Shown piece after piece: positions 25,318 through 39,930 of a stretch of DNA of 64,000 nt (positions are counted from its first letter, which is position 1; each line of letters starts with the position of its first letter). The translations under genes and the position numbers were made by a program. Source of the stretch: Octopus sinensis (Eukaryota). Below the pieces are notes generated by a model. That model worked only from the letters and a program-made list of their open reading frames with translations, did no database searches and was not told the DNA's origin. Location of the stretch: the NCBI RefSeq assembly GCF_006345805.1, contig NC_043015.1, forward strand, positions 49,786,001 through 49,850,000. The letters run 5' to 3'.

Positions 25318-26480
25318 AGGGTGAGCTGGCAGAATCGTTAGCACGCGGGGCAAAATGCTTAGCAGCATTTCGTCCGTCTTTACGTTCGGAGTTCAAATTC
25401 CCGTGAGGTGACTTCTGCCTTTCATCTTTGGGGGTCGGTGTAATCGACTTATCCTTTCCCCCCCGAACTTGCTGGCTTTGTGCCAAAATTTGAAACTAAT
25501 TCAGGGCGGAGAACTAGCAGAGTCGTTAGCTTAACAGTATATCGCCCCACTTTAGTTTCTGAGTTCAAATTTCGCCGAGGTCGCCTTTTATACTTTTGGG
25601 GTCGATAAAATAAGTACTAGTTGTGTAAGGGGCTCGATGTAATCGACTTACGCCCCACTTCCGAAATTGCTGGCCTAGTGCAAATATTTTAAACCAGTAT
25701 TTGTTTAATTTAACCTAGGTGAGACGATTACATTGACTCCAGTACACAACTGGTACTTATTTTATGGAACCGGAGAGGATAAACTGCAAAGTCGACCTCG
25801 GCGGAATTTGAACGACAGACAAAAAGCCGCTAAGAATTTTTTGTCCGTAGTGCTAACGATTCTGCCAGTTCACCGCCATAATTTCTTTATTGTCCACAGG
25901 GGGCTACACATAGAGGGGATAAACAAGGACAGACAAAGAGGTTTAAGTCGATTACATCGATTCCAGTGCGTAACTGGTACTTATTTATAGAAAGTATGAA
26001 AGCCAAAGTGGACCTCGGCGGAATTTGAACTCGGAACGTAGCGGCAGACGAAATACCTATTTCTTTACTGCCCACAAGGGGCTACACACAGAGAGGACAA
26101 ACAAGGACAGACAAACGGATTAAGTCGATTATATCGACACCAGTGCGTAACTGGTACTTATTTAATCGACCCCGAAAGGATGAAAGGCAATGTCGACCTT
26201 GGCGGAATTTGAACTCAGAACGTAGCGGCAGACGAAATACCTATTTCTATTTCTTTACAGCCCACAAGGGGCTACACACAGAGAGGACAAACAAGGACAG
26301 ACAAACGGGTTAAGTCGATTATATCGACCCCAGTGCGTAGCTGGTACTTAATTTATCGACCCCGAAAGGATGAAAGGCAAAGTCGACCTCGGCGGAACTT
26401 GAACTCAGAACGTAACGGCGGACGAAATACTGCTAAGCGTTTCTCCCGGTGTGCTAACGTTTCTGCCAGCTCGCCGCCCA
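25318..26480. mobile_element. SINE family A cluster (two plus-strand copies, then a minus-strand tandem array)
   Basis: Same consensus as 9405-10510; three ~180-bp head-to-tail units at about 25885-26480. Confidence 0.85.
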
Positions 26481-26974
26481 ATAATTTAAGCCAAACATCA
26501 ATTATAATAGCCTTATACAAACACCCAAGTTTTATCTTTCCTCCTAAGGATATCATGGGAGTCAGTCATTTCTTTTACAACATAGAGTACAAATAACCTA
26601 AAACCTTAGTTATTGGCATAAACGAAAAAATCTCTTCCGACCTTATTTATATAGGGCGATATCTATTTATAAATATCCACTCACAGTGGGGGAGAAAAAA
26701 ACAAAAAAAAAAAAACGTAGAAAATGAGAAAAACACTCATGTCCTAGATTCGAAGAAGTGGAACACTAAATAATTACCAAATCTGAATTATTAATTATAT
26801 AAGTTTTTCAACAAGTCTTTTAATAAATACGACAGTCGAAATGTAAACTGAAATTTAATGAGTTTTTGTGAGGTGGTGTGTAGCAATACTAGACATCTGT
26901 TAACGGTATTTTTTCTCGCTTTTAAAAATTTTTATTTGTTTTGTTTTCTGAATTCTTAAACATAGTTTTTAAGA

Positions 26975-27627
26975 TTAGATTTGACGTTGCGAAGACTGAG
27001 ACATCGGTCCCATCGAAAAAGTCGATCCGATGCATTTTTACATATCAGTGGAACATCACCGAGGCAATTGGAAAAGTTTAAGCGTCTTGGGACCGTATTT
27101 ACGAGTGATGGGAAGCAGGAGGGTGGATTGGGTGCTAGAATTCCAGGTGCTGGTGCAATAATGCGCCAGCTCCAGCGTTCGAGCCTAAGAAGAAGAGAGG
27201 TTTACTCTTTTACTTGTTTCAGTCATTTGATTGCGGCCATGCTGGAGCACCGCCTTTTAGTCGAGCAAATCGACCTCAGGACTTATTCTTTGGAAGCCTA
27301 GTACTTATTCTATCGGTTTTCTTTTGCCGAACGCTAAGTTACGGCGACTAAACCACTCCAGCATCGGTTGTCAAGTGATGTGGTGGGGGGACAACACAGA
27401 CACCCAAACATGCCACACACACATACATACAACATACATATGTATGTATTTGTATGTATGTATTATTATATATATATATATATTATATATATATATAATA
27501 TATATATATCGCGTGATCACGTGACCGACCAGACATCAGATGTGTTACACATCGCTGGTCACAATGCGTTCGCATTGTTTTAGCCTTCGAATGACGCTAC
27601 CCCGCTGGCTAAGCGAGGCAGGCCAAG

Positions 27628-27671
<44 letters not shown>

Positions 27672-28330
27672 TATATATATATGATATATATATATATATT
27701 ATATACGACAGGCTTCTTTCAGTTTCCGTCTACCAAATCCACTCACCATGCTTTGGTCGGCCCGCGGCTATAGTAGAAGACACTTGCCCAAGGTACCACG
27801 CATTGGGAATGAACCAGAACCATGTGGTTGGTAAGCAACCCCTGCGCCTTGGTTAAAAAAAAAAAAACGAAAGTAAAAGCCAAATTTACAATCTTCAATT
27901 CGGCTTTCGTACTTATCTTCGTCTATGGTTATGAATGTTGGGTAATGACCAAAAGAGTATGACCACGAATACAAGTGGCCAAAATGAGGATTCCTCTGAA
28001 GGATCTCAGGAGCAACCTTTACTTGTCAGGGGGCATAGATTGGATATCAGGGTGTCTCTCCAGGTTGAGCCACTCCTTTTCCTCATTGACAGATCACAGC
28101 TCCAGGACTATGAACATGTGGTTAGGGTGTCACAGGAAAGAATTACATGACGGATTATTCAAGCTAAGCAGATCTGAAGGAGACCTAATGGTTGACCAAG
28201 GATTAAATGGATGGGTAATATCCATAGTATCCATTTGTCACGTTTGGGGAACCGGCCGGAAATAGTAATGATGGTTGCTTCCGCTAAGATGTATCTGACG
28301 AATCCCCCCCCCCAACGATTCTCCTAGGAA
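26975..28330 (+). mobile_element. Degenerate RTE-clade LINE 3' fragment, split by a SINE (27200-27850)
   Basis: QLEKFKRLGTVFTSDGKQEGGLGARI...GAIMRQLQRS and later FVYGYECWVMT...RIQVAKMR resemble RTE post-RT motifs. Contains stops and frameshifts. Confidence 0.75.
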
Positions 28331-28586
28331 TTGTCGGCGGAGATGATGGACGCATAGTTATTCCTGTATCCGGTAAGGTCAGATATGGGGGTATGCTCGG
28401 GTGTCCAGGGAAATCCTCCTACTGAGTTTTAGTTCCTATCTCCGCAAAATACTTCCTCATCCGCCGTGACCATGATACTTGGACCGACCAACACGAGCCG
28501 TCACCACAGTTGGATCCTCAGAGAAGAGAACACAATATGCAAGATCTAACTCGGGAAATTGAGCAACACGACCAAACAGTCTAAGA

Positions 28587-28842
28587 AGGGTTTCTCAACC
28601 ATTTTTTGGCTATGGAACCTTTTGATTCCAATTTTACTCAGACGGACCCTCATAACCATTCGATGTCTAAAATACCCTGTTACATTTTTATAATTAATTA
28701 TTATTAAGAATTCTATTTAAAATATTGTCAAAATATTTTGTGTATCGTAGGAATATAACCAGGAATATATCGGACATGAATTTTACCAACAAAATCTTAT
28801 GTGGACCCCAAGAGTCATAAAGACTCCGGTTGACAACCACTG
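28587..28842. mobile_element. hAT (Charlie-like) MITE
   Basis: Ends AGGGTTTCTCAACC / GGTTGACAACCACTG, with GTCTAAG duplicated on both flanks. Confidence 0.65.
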
Positions 28843-28966
28843 GTCTAAGCTGCCCCACCCCCAAATTATGCACGTGACAGAACGCATCATAGTTGCTCAT
28901 AACCTTGCGTTCTGGTACCAAAGGAATTCGGGCTGGCCCTAACGGCTCCAGGTGGTGTCCAAATTT

Positions 28967-29876
28967 CGTAACTGTAGAGCAAGAGAGGGAGGACTAGGGA
29001 ACTGATGATTCAAACCTTTATTCTTCTGCTCAGATATCGGCAGCGCCGAACCACCTTGTCCAATGAGTCCACCACTGCACCGGCTCGTTCAAGTCTTTTT
29101 AGGACTGTAACAGAACTGCAAACCTTTGGTTGCTCTATAATTCATATCAGACTTGCTCAGGCACAACTACAGCACAGTGAAGCAACGGGTTGCAGTCCTA
29201 GAACCCAGTGGCTGAGATATACCACATTTCTGCATAGTTGAGGACCACTGTGTACACTGAGACATACAGCTGTTTATCATATATTGGGTTGTCCGGAAAG
29301 TTCATGCCGATTTTTAAAGGAAAGAAAAAGGTCAATAAATACTTGCCATTACATTTTTAATCAACCAAATATGAACCATTTTGTTGCACAATTCGTCTCC
29401 ATCTTTCCTTTAACTTGAAAATACCCTCTTCCCAGAATTGAGGTGGTTTCATGGCAAAGAATTCATCAAGGTATCTTTTTATGTCATCCAAGAAATTGAA
29501 ATTTTTACCATTAAGACTATTCTGCAGAGACCTGAATAAGTGGAAATCCGAAGGAGCAATATCTGGTGAATATGGAGGGTGGAGTAACACATCCCAGCCA
29601 GCTGCAGCATTTTTGTCTGGTTCCCAAAGCATCAAGTGCCAAAAATGAACTTTCTTATCTTCCATTTAAAAGGGTTACAGAATTAACACAGGTTATAGGA
29701 CATAAATCTTCTTCCACAAAAGATAGCTTAACTGTGCTCTAAATGCGGTGTAGTCAAATCCTATTTTATGGACTCAACCATGTTCTAAAATAAGTCGAAA
29801 GGTAAGCTACTATAAATCGGCACGAACTTTCCGGACAACCCAATAGTTTGTATAGAGAGCAGCCCAGCGTGTTACA
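28967..29876 (-). mobile_element. Possible LTR remnant interrupted by the mariner insertion
   Basis: Minus strand TGTAAC...GTTAC(G) termini, AATAAA near the 3' end, then AAATT-TGG (PBS-like). About 350 bp once the mariner is removed. Confidence 0.35.
29284..29843 (-). mobile_element. Internally deleted mariner transposon (non-autonomous)
   Basis: ~29-bp TIRs TTGGGTTGTCCGGAAAGTTC(A/G)TGCCGATTT with TA on both sides. ORF 29357-29665 fuses a transposase N-terminus (MEDKKVHFWHLMLWE) to the C-terminus containing HPPYSPDIAPSDFHLF. Confidence 0.93.
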
Positions 29877-32800
29877 TTTTCTCACATACTTAGTCTGTTG
29901 TACGTCAGTAAGTTATGATAAAGTCTTGCTGGAACAGATTGCTGTCTGAAGAAGCAGCCTTGTTTCTTATTTCATCATAATATGAATGTCACGAGAGAAG
30001 CTTTTAATCACATGAAAGTAATTTTCAGTATTGAGTTGTATAAAAATAATTTTGATACTGTGCTAATGAATATCTCCATCGATTTTTTTTAGCAAAATCT
30101 CTGTATAATAGATATATTCATTACTTCTTCATAAGCAGGAGAATCAGACAGATTTATTTCAATTCTGTGGTGAGATTTCAGTAACTGAATACTCTTTAAT
30201 TGTACACAAGACACAGCCTACTTTTGCATACCCAAAGTATAAAGAAGACAGTCTTGGCAGTTTTGTAGGGCCTCGGGTTAATCAAGACACTAGATTTTAT
30301 ATTATATCTTATTGACAGCAACCTACAACATATATAGATTAGAATTGGTTCCCTAGACCTGTCAAACTCCCAGGCAACGGCCCTGAGCATAAATACATGT
30401 TAAATTTTATTCTCATATTGTTAGGGGTTTTTTTCTGAGCTAATGTGAATGAAAATGTTCAAATTCGCTTGTTTTCCTTTACAAAATAGACGTATTTTCA
30501 AATATCGTTATGCAAGTCACAAAAGCAAAGCATGAACAGAATAATAACTATTTTCTCTACTTTCTCGGCACACACAATTAACAAATAACACCACACGGCA
30601 ATAAAAAGCGTGCAACATAGTGTAATGGCAGTACTAATAGTTCCGTTTTGTTTTTTAGTACGCATTAATGGAAACGTTTGTTGTCGTCTGGTGTCTGTAC
30701 GATCCTGATTCATGTTGTCTTTATGCACTGAGATGCTCTAAGCTTGTGGACATTCAAAGTGTTTGCTTTTTTCTACGGTTGTCGCCTTTGAATTTCATTC
30801 AATTCAATATAGCTTTCGTAGGTATTGTTGCTGGTAGTGGTAGTCTTAGTAGAAGTATTAGAGGCGATGGTGATGATGATAGCAGTGGTAGTAGTAGTGT
30901 CAGTGGTAGTGATGGTGATTGTAGTGGTGATGTTAATGGCGGCTGTAGCAGTGATTCTCTCTCTTCAGTTCTGATTGGACAAACCAATAATTAAAAGCAT
31001 TTCCGTCGTAACCATCCAGTTTTTTTCTGGCAATGTCTGTCCAAGATTACATTAATGTGTCTTTCTTTTCTTTTTTTGAGATGCTAGAGTATAATATGAG
31101 GGGGATTTTTGTTGCTATTTCTAATAGCTCTAGCAATCATATATAAGTTTCCTCGTTGACTTGGTTTGCTTAGAGCTTTCGCTGTTGTAAAAGAAGACGG
31201 ATATACAGGATGTAACGACTTCCTGTTCGAGGGCTGAGAGATCCTTTATAAATGAAGAGATGATTTCCTATGAACATTAACAAACCATTGAACAATTCAT
31301 AATCAGTTCCCTAATCCGGCATTTAATGTAATACTTGAGGACATAACAGTGCAAGTAAATTAATCAATAAGACTGTACATACCTCATGCAGTGATAGACA
31401 AATGACTTAATTAAACAGACAAGACAAATTAATTCAGAAATGTTTGTACTTCTTTAGAACAAGATACGTCTTCGATTTTGTTAAAACATTCTCTAGAACC
31501 TGCTTCAAATCCAGGCTTCATCTGTTCTGAGAATCGGCAGTGACTTGGTCAGCGAATCCTCTGCGATGGTCGACAATCGACGGCAAAATGAGCTGCTACG
31601 GATCACACTATCCCCAAAGTGTGTATGCATGTGACCAGGGATAAAAATTGAATTTGTGTTACCACTGACACTCCAAACATGACCTCTACTCCCCACCAGC
31701 GAATGACGGCTACGGCTACGAAGTTCGCGCTAACCGACGCGCTTGCTCTTCCAGTGGGGCATTTGTCAAATTTGTCGGATCTGGTCAGCATTTGTGAGGG
31801 ACAAATGGTGAAATCGTTGATCCGAGTCGACTTAACCTACCCCGGGTATATTCCACCGCAAGTACAAGTAAAACCAAATACAGCCCTGACTGAGCAAAAA
31901 TATAATTTTTAGAATGTTATGTCTGAGAGTCTACATTCATTGACAAGGTTGCAAAAGCAAAGAAAATTTTGGAAGAAAATATAAATGATAAATGAGTGGA
32001 AATCGAACCGGTGAGTGTGTTAGATAATAAGACATTAAGACAATATGATTCTCCCCAGACACAGCAAAATTTGCTTCAACACACGAATTCACATAAAGAA
32101 TCTTGCAAACCGGATACAAAAACGAAATAGGAAACTGTTACATTATTTTCCATATCATGAACGAGTTCTTTCTAAAACTTTTAAGGCGGCGAGCAAACAG
32201 AATCGTTAGCACGCTGCACAAGACGCTTAGCCGTAGTTCTTCCGGTTTTACATTCTGAGTTCAAATTTCACCGAGGTCGACTTTACCTTTCAGCCATTCA
32301 GGGTCGATAAAAAAAAGTACCAATGGACCATTGGAGACGAAAATACTCGACTTGCCCCCTTTCCCAAAAATTTCAAGCCTTGTAAAAAAAAAGCGAGTTA
32401 TTTTCGATATCGTAATTAAATGTATAAAACAGTCTTCGTTAATGAAGAGAGTGTAATATTAGGAATATTTAGCTGCTATTTCGAGTAGATTGAACGATAA
32501 CGCACTAGTTCCCTCGCTATATGTAAGGAGCACTCCGTCGGTTACGACGACGAGGGTACCAGCTGATACGATCAACGGAACAGCCTGCTCGTGAAATTAA
32601 CGTACAAGTGACTGAGCAATCCACAGACACGTGTACCCCTAACGTAGTTCTCGGGGAGATTAAGCGTGACACAGAGTGTGACAAAGCCGGCCTTTTGAAA
32701 TACAGGTACAACTCATTTTTGCCAGCTGAGTGGACTGGAGAAACGTGAAATAAAGTGTCTTGCTCAAAGGCCACAACGCGTCGCCGAGAATTGAACTCAC

Positions 32801-33229
32801 GACCTCACAATCGTGAGCCGAATACCCTAACCACTAAGCCACGCGCCTTCACCCTCGCTGTATATAGAGTATTGGTGGTTACATAAACATTCAACAGAGC
32901 TCTGTACACCTACGTATAATAAACCAACTAGATACAAGACAGCACTCACTAAGGTACAATCATGATTTATTAAACAGCCGCCATCACAAACTATCGACGA
33001 AATAGAAACAGCAACACACCATAACACATTTTATTAACTACACTATTACTGACCAACGATTAAGACACTAAGTTCGTCGTGGTCAATAAATATAATAACT
33101 GTCTATCGAGTAACATTGTACAGGACGGGCATAAAGTCTGCCACAATATTCTTAAATTATGTAATCACAAAACTTGTACCTGTTTTAGCGCTCAGATACG
33201 ATAACGTATGAACACACACAAACACATTT

Positions 33230-33529
33230 GTATGTATGTATGTACGTACGTACGTATGTATGTATGTATGTATGTATGTATGTATGTATGTATGTATGTA
33301 TGTATGTATGTATGTATATATGTATGTATGTATGTATGTATGTGTGTGTATTGTCTACGTACGTTTCGCTGTATAATGCCTTGTGGTAAACATCAGCTAA
33401 ATTCGATCATAAAACACATTAAATGCTCGCTTATAGATAATAACATGCCTTTATCGTAGATTAATATTTTCGCGTGGCGTATAATGCATCCGGTAAATTA
33501 ATGTATATACGTGTGAATAGCTGTAAGTG

Positions 33530-33569
<40 letters not shown>

Positions 33570-33938
33570 AGTGTATGTATGAATGAATATATGTATATGT
33601 ATATATGTATATGTATATATGTATATATGTATATGTATATATGTATATGTATATATGTCTATTTATGTGTGTGTGTGTATCTAGATTATATGTATATAAA
33701 TTATATATATAAATATTAAAAAAATATAATATATATATATATATATACTTGTACATGTACACACACATATGTACATACATAAATATGTGTATACATTTAT
33801 TATATATAAGCATACATATGTGCGTGTATGCATGAATGTGTATGTATCTGCTACCGTGTGTTTCTATGGTTTTCGACATATATGTATATACATATATATA
33901 TATATATACATACATATATATATATATGTATATATATG

Positions 33939-33969
<31 letters not shown>

Positions 33970-33986
33970 ATATATATATATGTATG

Positions 33987-34017
<31 letters not shown>

Positions 34018-35250
34018 ATATATATATATGTATGTATATATGTATATATTTATGTATGTATGTATATATATATATGTATGTATATATATGTATATACATA
34101 CATACATACATATACATACCAAACTTTCATGCACACATACTACACACGAACACACACACACACACACGAATACACACACACACATACACACACACATGCC
34201 AACACTCCCTATAACTACATCAGTGCTTCCAATGGAACTTAACATTAATTTTGCAATTCGTCGACTTTAATTCTTAGACACGTTTGAATTATTGCTGGAA
34301 GCCAGCAATACGAAAGTACCTCTTTTAAAGGAAGAATTCTGAAATACAAGGCGCAAGGAACAAGCGCGACAAGCTATCGATTTTCCAAGCTAACAAATCA
34401 TAATGAATGCTGTAAGGAAATCTTTGCATGTCAATGCCTCAAATATATTATTAAGTGCACACATATTCCGAGAGCTGATACATTAACGTAATGAATAGTC
34501 ATAAATACAGATGGTAACCGACTTCGACGACGCCACCGCCGTTCACCGCCGCCATCGCCATCGCCGCCGTCACCGCCAACAGCAGCAAACAGCAGCAAAC
34601 AGCAGCAGCAACAGTAGTTTCACCACCCCACTACCACCATAATCAGCATCATCATCATCATCGTCATCGTCATCGTCATCGTTATCTTCGTCGTCGTCAT
34701 TGTTTTCGTCATGTCTTCCGCGACCGTCAGTCTCGCTTACTTACTCACCAGCATTTCGTCAGTACCACCACCAACAACGACGCCGCCGGCAGCATCGGAT
34801 GTGCCATCGCTGCAGCTGCTGCTGCTGCTGTTGCCCGCCGTCTCTGCCGCCGCCGCCGCCGCACCATTCGTTCTCGCCGCCGACGCCGCCGCATTCGTTC
34901 TCGCCGCCGCCGCCGCCTCATATACGCTGACTGGTCGAATCTATTGTAACAATCTACGGTTTTGTTACGATCAGACATAATTACTCGATTACTCAGAAGA
35001 TATTGAACAATCTATCTGTTGTACTTAGTAGCGGCTGAATGAATGCTACAAACATACATACATACATACATACATACGTACGTACGCATGTATATAGCAA
35101 CATACATAAAATGACGTACATACAATGACGTACATACAAATACGAATATATATAGCCATACATGTATGTATACCTATATATGAATCAATCTGTCTATATG
35201 TGTATATGTGTGTGTATGTGAATAGAAATATGTACGTCTGTGTGTGTGTA

Positions 35251-35300
<50 letters not shown>

Positions 35301-35336
35301 TCCATCCATCCATCCATCCATCCATCCATCCATCCA

Positions 35337-35370
<34 letters not shown>

Positions 35371-35780
35371 CATACATACACGTACACACACACAAACACA
35401 CAAATATATATATGTGTGTGTATTTGTCTTTGTGTGTGTGTGTGTGTATGAGATAGACAGGAAGCGAGAAAGGAACGATACATATACACATTCACACACA
35501 CACATTAATATATATATTTACACATTTGGCGGTGCTCCAGCATGGCCATAGCTTTAGGGCTGAAAGGTATAAAAGAATAACAGAATATGTATGTATATGT
35601 ATGTATATGTATACGTACGCACACATTAATACTCACATAGATATAAATATCTATATATCTACATAATCATGTACATGTGTGCTGTATGTGTGCGCGTGTG
35701 TTGTGTATGTGTGTGTTGTGTATGATGTGTGTGCATTGTGCTGTGTGTGTTGTGTGTGTGGTGTATGTGTGTTGTGTGTG
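33230..35780. repeat. Compound microsatellite field including (GCC)n/(CAT)n at 34530-34920
   Basis: Directly visible; a unique island lies at ~34200-34520. Confidence 0.9.
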
Positions 35781-37157
35781 TTGGAATCTATAGAGTATAT
35801 ATACACGATTTTAATACAATTAATTTATTGTTTCTTCTCCATATTTTATAATCATTGATGTCGTTTTTATCATTAACGATCTCCTCCTCCTTTACCACCT
35901 CCCCTTCTTCTTCCTCCTCCTCCTTATCTTCGCCTTGTTTTTTTACTTCTTCTTTACATCCTTCATTCAATTTCTGCGAATAATAGATTTATTCACCACC
36001 ACCTCCTTGCTTTCTTTCTTTACGCTTTCTTTCTTCCCTTCTTTCATCCTTCTTTCTTTTTCTTTCTTTCTTTCTTTTTGTCATTCTTTCTTCATCTCTT
36101 TCTATCTCCCGCCATCTCACTCAAACCTCCCCCTACATCTCTCTTTTATCCTTCCTCCTTTGTATTTCCTTAATTTCGTTTTCTCTCAGACTTCGTTTTC
36201 CGAGAAATATCCGTATCGTCTGCATAATGACAGCCTTTTCTAACGGAATCTTATAGATTTTTCAAGACATTGTCAATAGTGAGAAAAGGCAAAAAAAGAC
36301 AGACCTTTTGTTGCTTCGCTTTTTAAACAGTAAACACTTACTAGCGGCGAATCGTTGAGTGAAGAAATCTTAGGTGTTTATCTCTTGGAATGTCTTGTGG
36401 CAAAACGTTTAACTTAAAAGTATTAATACGATTGTATAACGTGGCGAGATGGTAGAATCGTTAGCAAATTGGACATGATGTTTAACGGAATTTCTTCCGG
36501 CTCTTTGCATTAATGAGCTCAGATCCTGTCGAGGTTGGCTTCTCTTTTCATCCTTCTGGAATTGATAAAATAAGTACAAGTTGAGCTTCGGGGTCGATAT
36601 AACAGACTTACGCCGTCCCTTAAGAGTTGTTGTCCTTTGCCAAAATTTAACGCCAAGAATCGTTAGCACACTGGACAAAGGGATTAACAACATTTCTTCC
36701 AGTTCTTTACGGTCTGGGTTCAATTCCCGCCTAAGTCAATCTTGCTTTTCACCCTTTCAGCAACGATAAAATAAAGTACCAGTCAAGTACTGGCATTTAA
36801 TGTAATCCACTTGCCTTACCTCTCAAAATGTGCTGGCCTTGTGCCAAATTTAGAAAGAAGTATCGTATTTACATATTTACACATGTTTCATAGTAACAGG
36901 GAACACACATTTCATTTATATTAGGGTTTTAATAACATTTACTTTAGCTCTCTGCTTTAATAATTGAAGATAATACTCTAAAATATAAACAATTAAATTG
37001 TTTATATTTTCATAGTGCTATGAAGAATTGTTTACACATTCAGAGTACGAATGAAGGAGTTTGTGTGTGGTAGCTTGATCGGTTAAAAAAAGTAGCCAAG
37101 TTTCTCTCAAATCTTAGTAAAGGAAAGGACATATTGTATAATTTAGCCTTACGTAAC

Positions 37158-37449
37158 TGTTGTATAGTGAAATTATGTACCCTTCTCAGTAAAACGTGGT
37201 AGGATACAACCATTATAAATAAACCAGTAGCTGGTCGTCAAGAGAGGGTCGAACGTCAGAGAGTTGAGAGTCGACAGTTCTAGTCGGTGTCTTGTGGAAC
37301 TATCAGCGATAGTAATGTAGAAGTTGGTGTATTACTAATCCGGAGCGAAGATATACAACGGTATCCGATGACTAGTAATTATTGTGGTTACTAGCGTAAA
37401 ACAGCAACTACAATACAACGGCAGTCACACAGGAATCCACTTTACAATA
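37158..37449 (+). mobile_element. Probable solo LTR
   Basis: Begins TGTTGTATAGTG, ends CACTTTACAATA (imperfect inverted termini). 5-bp flanks GTAAC/ATAAC; internal TATAAAT. Confidence 0.6.
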
Positions 37450-39893
37450 ATAACCGTAACTGAAAAAGAAGGGATGAGCAAAAATACATTTGAGCATAGG
37501 TCTGCTAGGGTCGATCATATTTGGCACAAAATGAAACAACAGCAACAATAACTATGACAACATTTATGTTAGGTCACCAGGTCACCAGATATTAATTATA
37601 CAGCTTATAATAAATTTAACTGTTGACTAGCTTCAGCCATTGGACTGCGGCCATGCTGCAGCATCGCCTTTCAAAACACTTTATTGCACGTTGCCCTAGT
37701 CCACTCAGCTGTAAAGGGGTAACTCTGCTGCGGATTGGCATCCCGTTCGGGGTGAATGTTGTAGTCTTGGCCATTTATACACCATGGAAACCGGGTGAGC
37801 GGCCTTATGGGTCCTAGGGCTCGACAGAGTGCTTTACTTCCATTTTAAAACCAGCAGGACATGTTGATGTTAATCCATGACATCGGCTTTAGTTAATTAA
37901 TTTCCATAGATGCAAGCGTGGCTGTCCTTGGCCGAAACGTTAATTATGGGGATATAAACTTACCAACACCGGTTGTGAAGTGGTGTTGGGGAGCACAACC
38001 ACAGACACAAAGACACACACGAACACACACACAAACACACACACACACGCACACATATATATATACGACAGGCTTCTTTCACTCTCCGTCTGCCAAATCT
38101 GCTCACAAAGCTTTTGTTGATCCGAGGCTATAGTAGAAGACACTTGCCCAAGGTGCCACACAGTGGGACTGAACCCGGAACCATGTGGTTGGGAAGAAAA
38201 CTTCTTACCGCAGAGCTAATTTCACATTGCTTTTGCTTTCTCGTTGTTCTTTAGTTCTAGATCAAGACTAAAGGCGTTCTAGCCGTGACCATCAGTTATA
38301 TCATGTGTTTCTATTAATACCTTATTAAATTTTAGTGTCGAATAATATTAGATTCTCTCGTTAACAGAGGTCGTAGAACATCGATCCAACATTAAATACT
38401 GGTGCATTTTCTAATATTCGTAATGTAATGCAAGCGATCTCTTCTTTGTCTCATAAATTCCAAATATACTTCGAAAATGCGGCGGTATTCTCCAGGCATC
38501 GTAACAGCGTGAGTTACGGTGCTGATGAAGGAAACTTTTAACTTCGAAAATGAATCGTGTACTAACCAACAAACAATTAATATTTAATCTAAAGCTATGA
38601 CGAAGAGAAATAGTTATGATGTGTCCTACCATACACCATTGATGTAAATATCGTTCTTTTCTACTCTAGGCACAAGGCCCGAAATTTTGGGGGAGGGGAC
38701 AAGTCGAATAGATCTATCTCAGTACGCAACTGGTACTTAATTTATCGACTCCAAGGCAAAGTCGACCTTGGCGGAATTTGAACTCAGAACATAAAGAAAG
38801 ACAAAATATCGCTAAGAATTTCGACCGGCGTGCTAATGTTTCTTATTTCTTTACTGCCCACAAGGGGCTACACACAGAGGGGACAAATAAGGATAGACAA
38901 ACAGATTAAGTCGATTATATCGACCCCAATGCGTAACTGATATTTATTAAATCGACTCCGAAAGGATGAAAGGCAAAGTCGACCTTGGCGGAATTTGAAC
39001 TCAGAACGTAGCAGCAGACAAAATTTTGCTAAGCATTTCGTCCGGCATGCTAACGTTTCTGCCATCTCGCCGCCTTGACGTGAAATAGTTCCTCTTGCTA
39101 ATTACAAAAATATTTCTGGAGTGATCACAGAGTTTAGCATTTGTTCAAGTAAAACAACATAAAATTAAGCTATAGCTGATTGGAAACCATATGGAGTGTC
39201 ACGAAGCCATCATGTACGAAAGAAGCCATCATGTATATGTTGAAATATAGAGATATCTCCTTGCTAAGGTGCAAATGCCTTGAAAATAGAATTGCATGCT
39301 TTGTTGGTGTCTCCAGAAGCGATGAATTAACAAACTATATAAGAATTCACAGACACTCCACAAAACTCGACTGAAAAATCAATAATTTCGCCATCGATAC
39401 GCGGAGAAAACTACAGCGCTTTCGATCATACCCGGTAATCAAGAGATAAAGTGATACGATCAGCATTAAATGTCCAATATAAGATAAGACATTGGCATTT
39501 AGGAATGGTTCCAAGTTCTGAAATTTCTGACTAACAAACAAAAATCAATACCATCCATTACTCTGCTCCAGTTCTTAAGAAAAGGTATTCTTTCTTAGGA
39601 ATTTCAAAAAAGAAAAAGAATATACTTGTGGCTGATACATAATAATCGATGCCGATAATCAGGAAATCGATTCAAAACGAAATGAGCGCGTGTTACACAA
39701 TTAGGTGTCCTCTCTCGTTAATGTGGTGGTGTATTATACGGTAGACACACAGGACGATTTGACCAAACCGTGATCCGAATATGAAATCCATTTAACTTAC
39801 ACATGAATAAACACGCACATTCATACAGGACTCCTTACATGCTAAAAAGCCCAGTTAAAATCCAAACCACGAAAAAGTGAATTCATGAGGTCT

Positions 39894-39929
<36 letters not shown>

Positions 39930-39930
<1 letters not shown>

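Noticed and set aside
31500-31910. GC-richer unique stretch with short ORFs on both strands
   Set aside because: No recognisable protein motif or consistent splice sites; possibly a decayed TE.
34700-34980. Ala/Pro/Arg-rich ORFs resembling a transcription-factor low-complexity region
   Set aside because: (GCC)n/(GCT)n repeat with no adjoining domain or credible exon structure.
38515-38570. CTGATGA...CGAAA, possible additional hammerhead
   Set aside because: Stems I and III cannot be formed convincingly.
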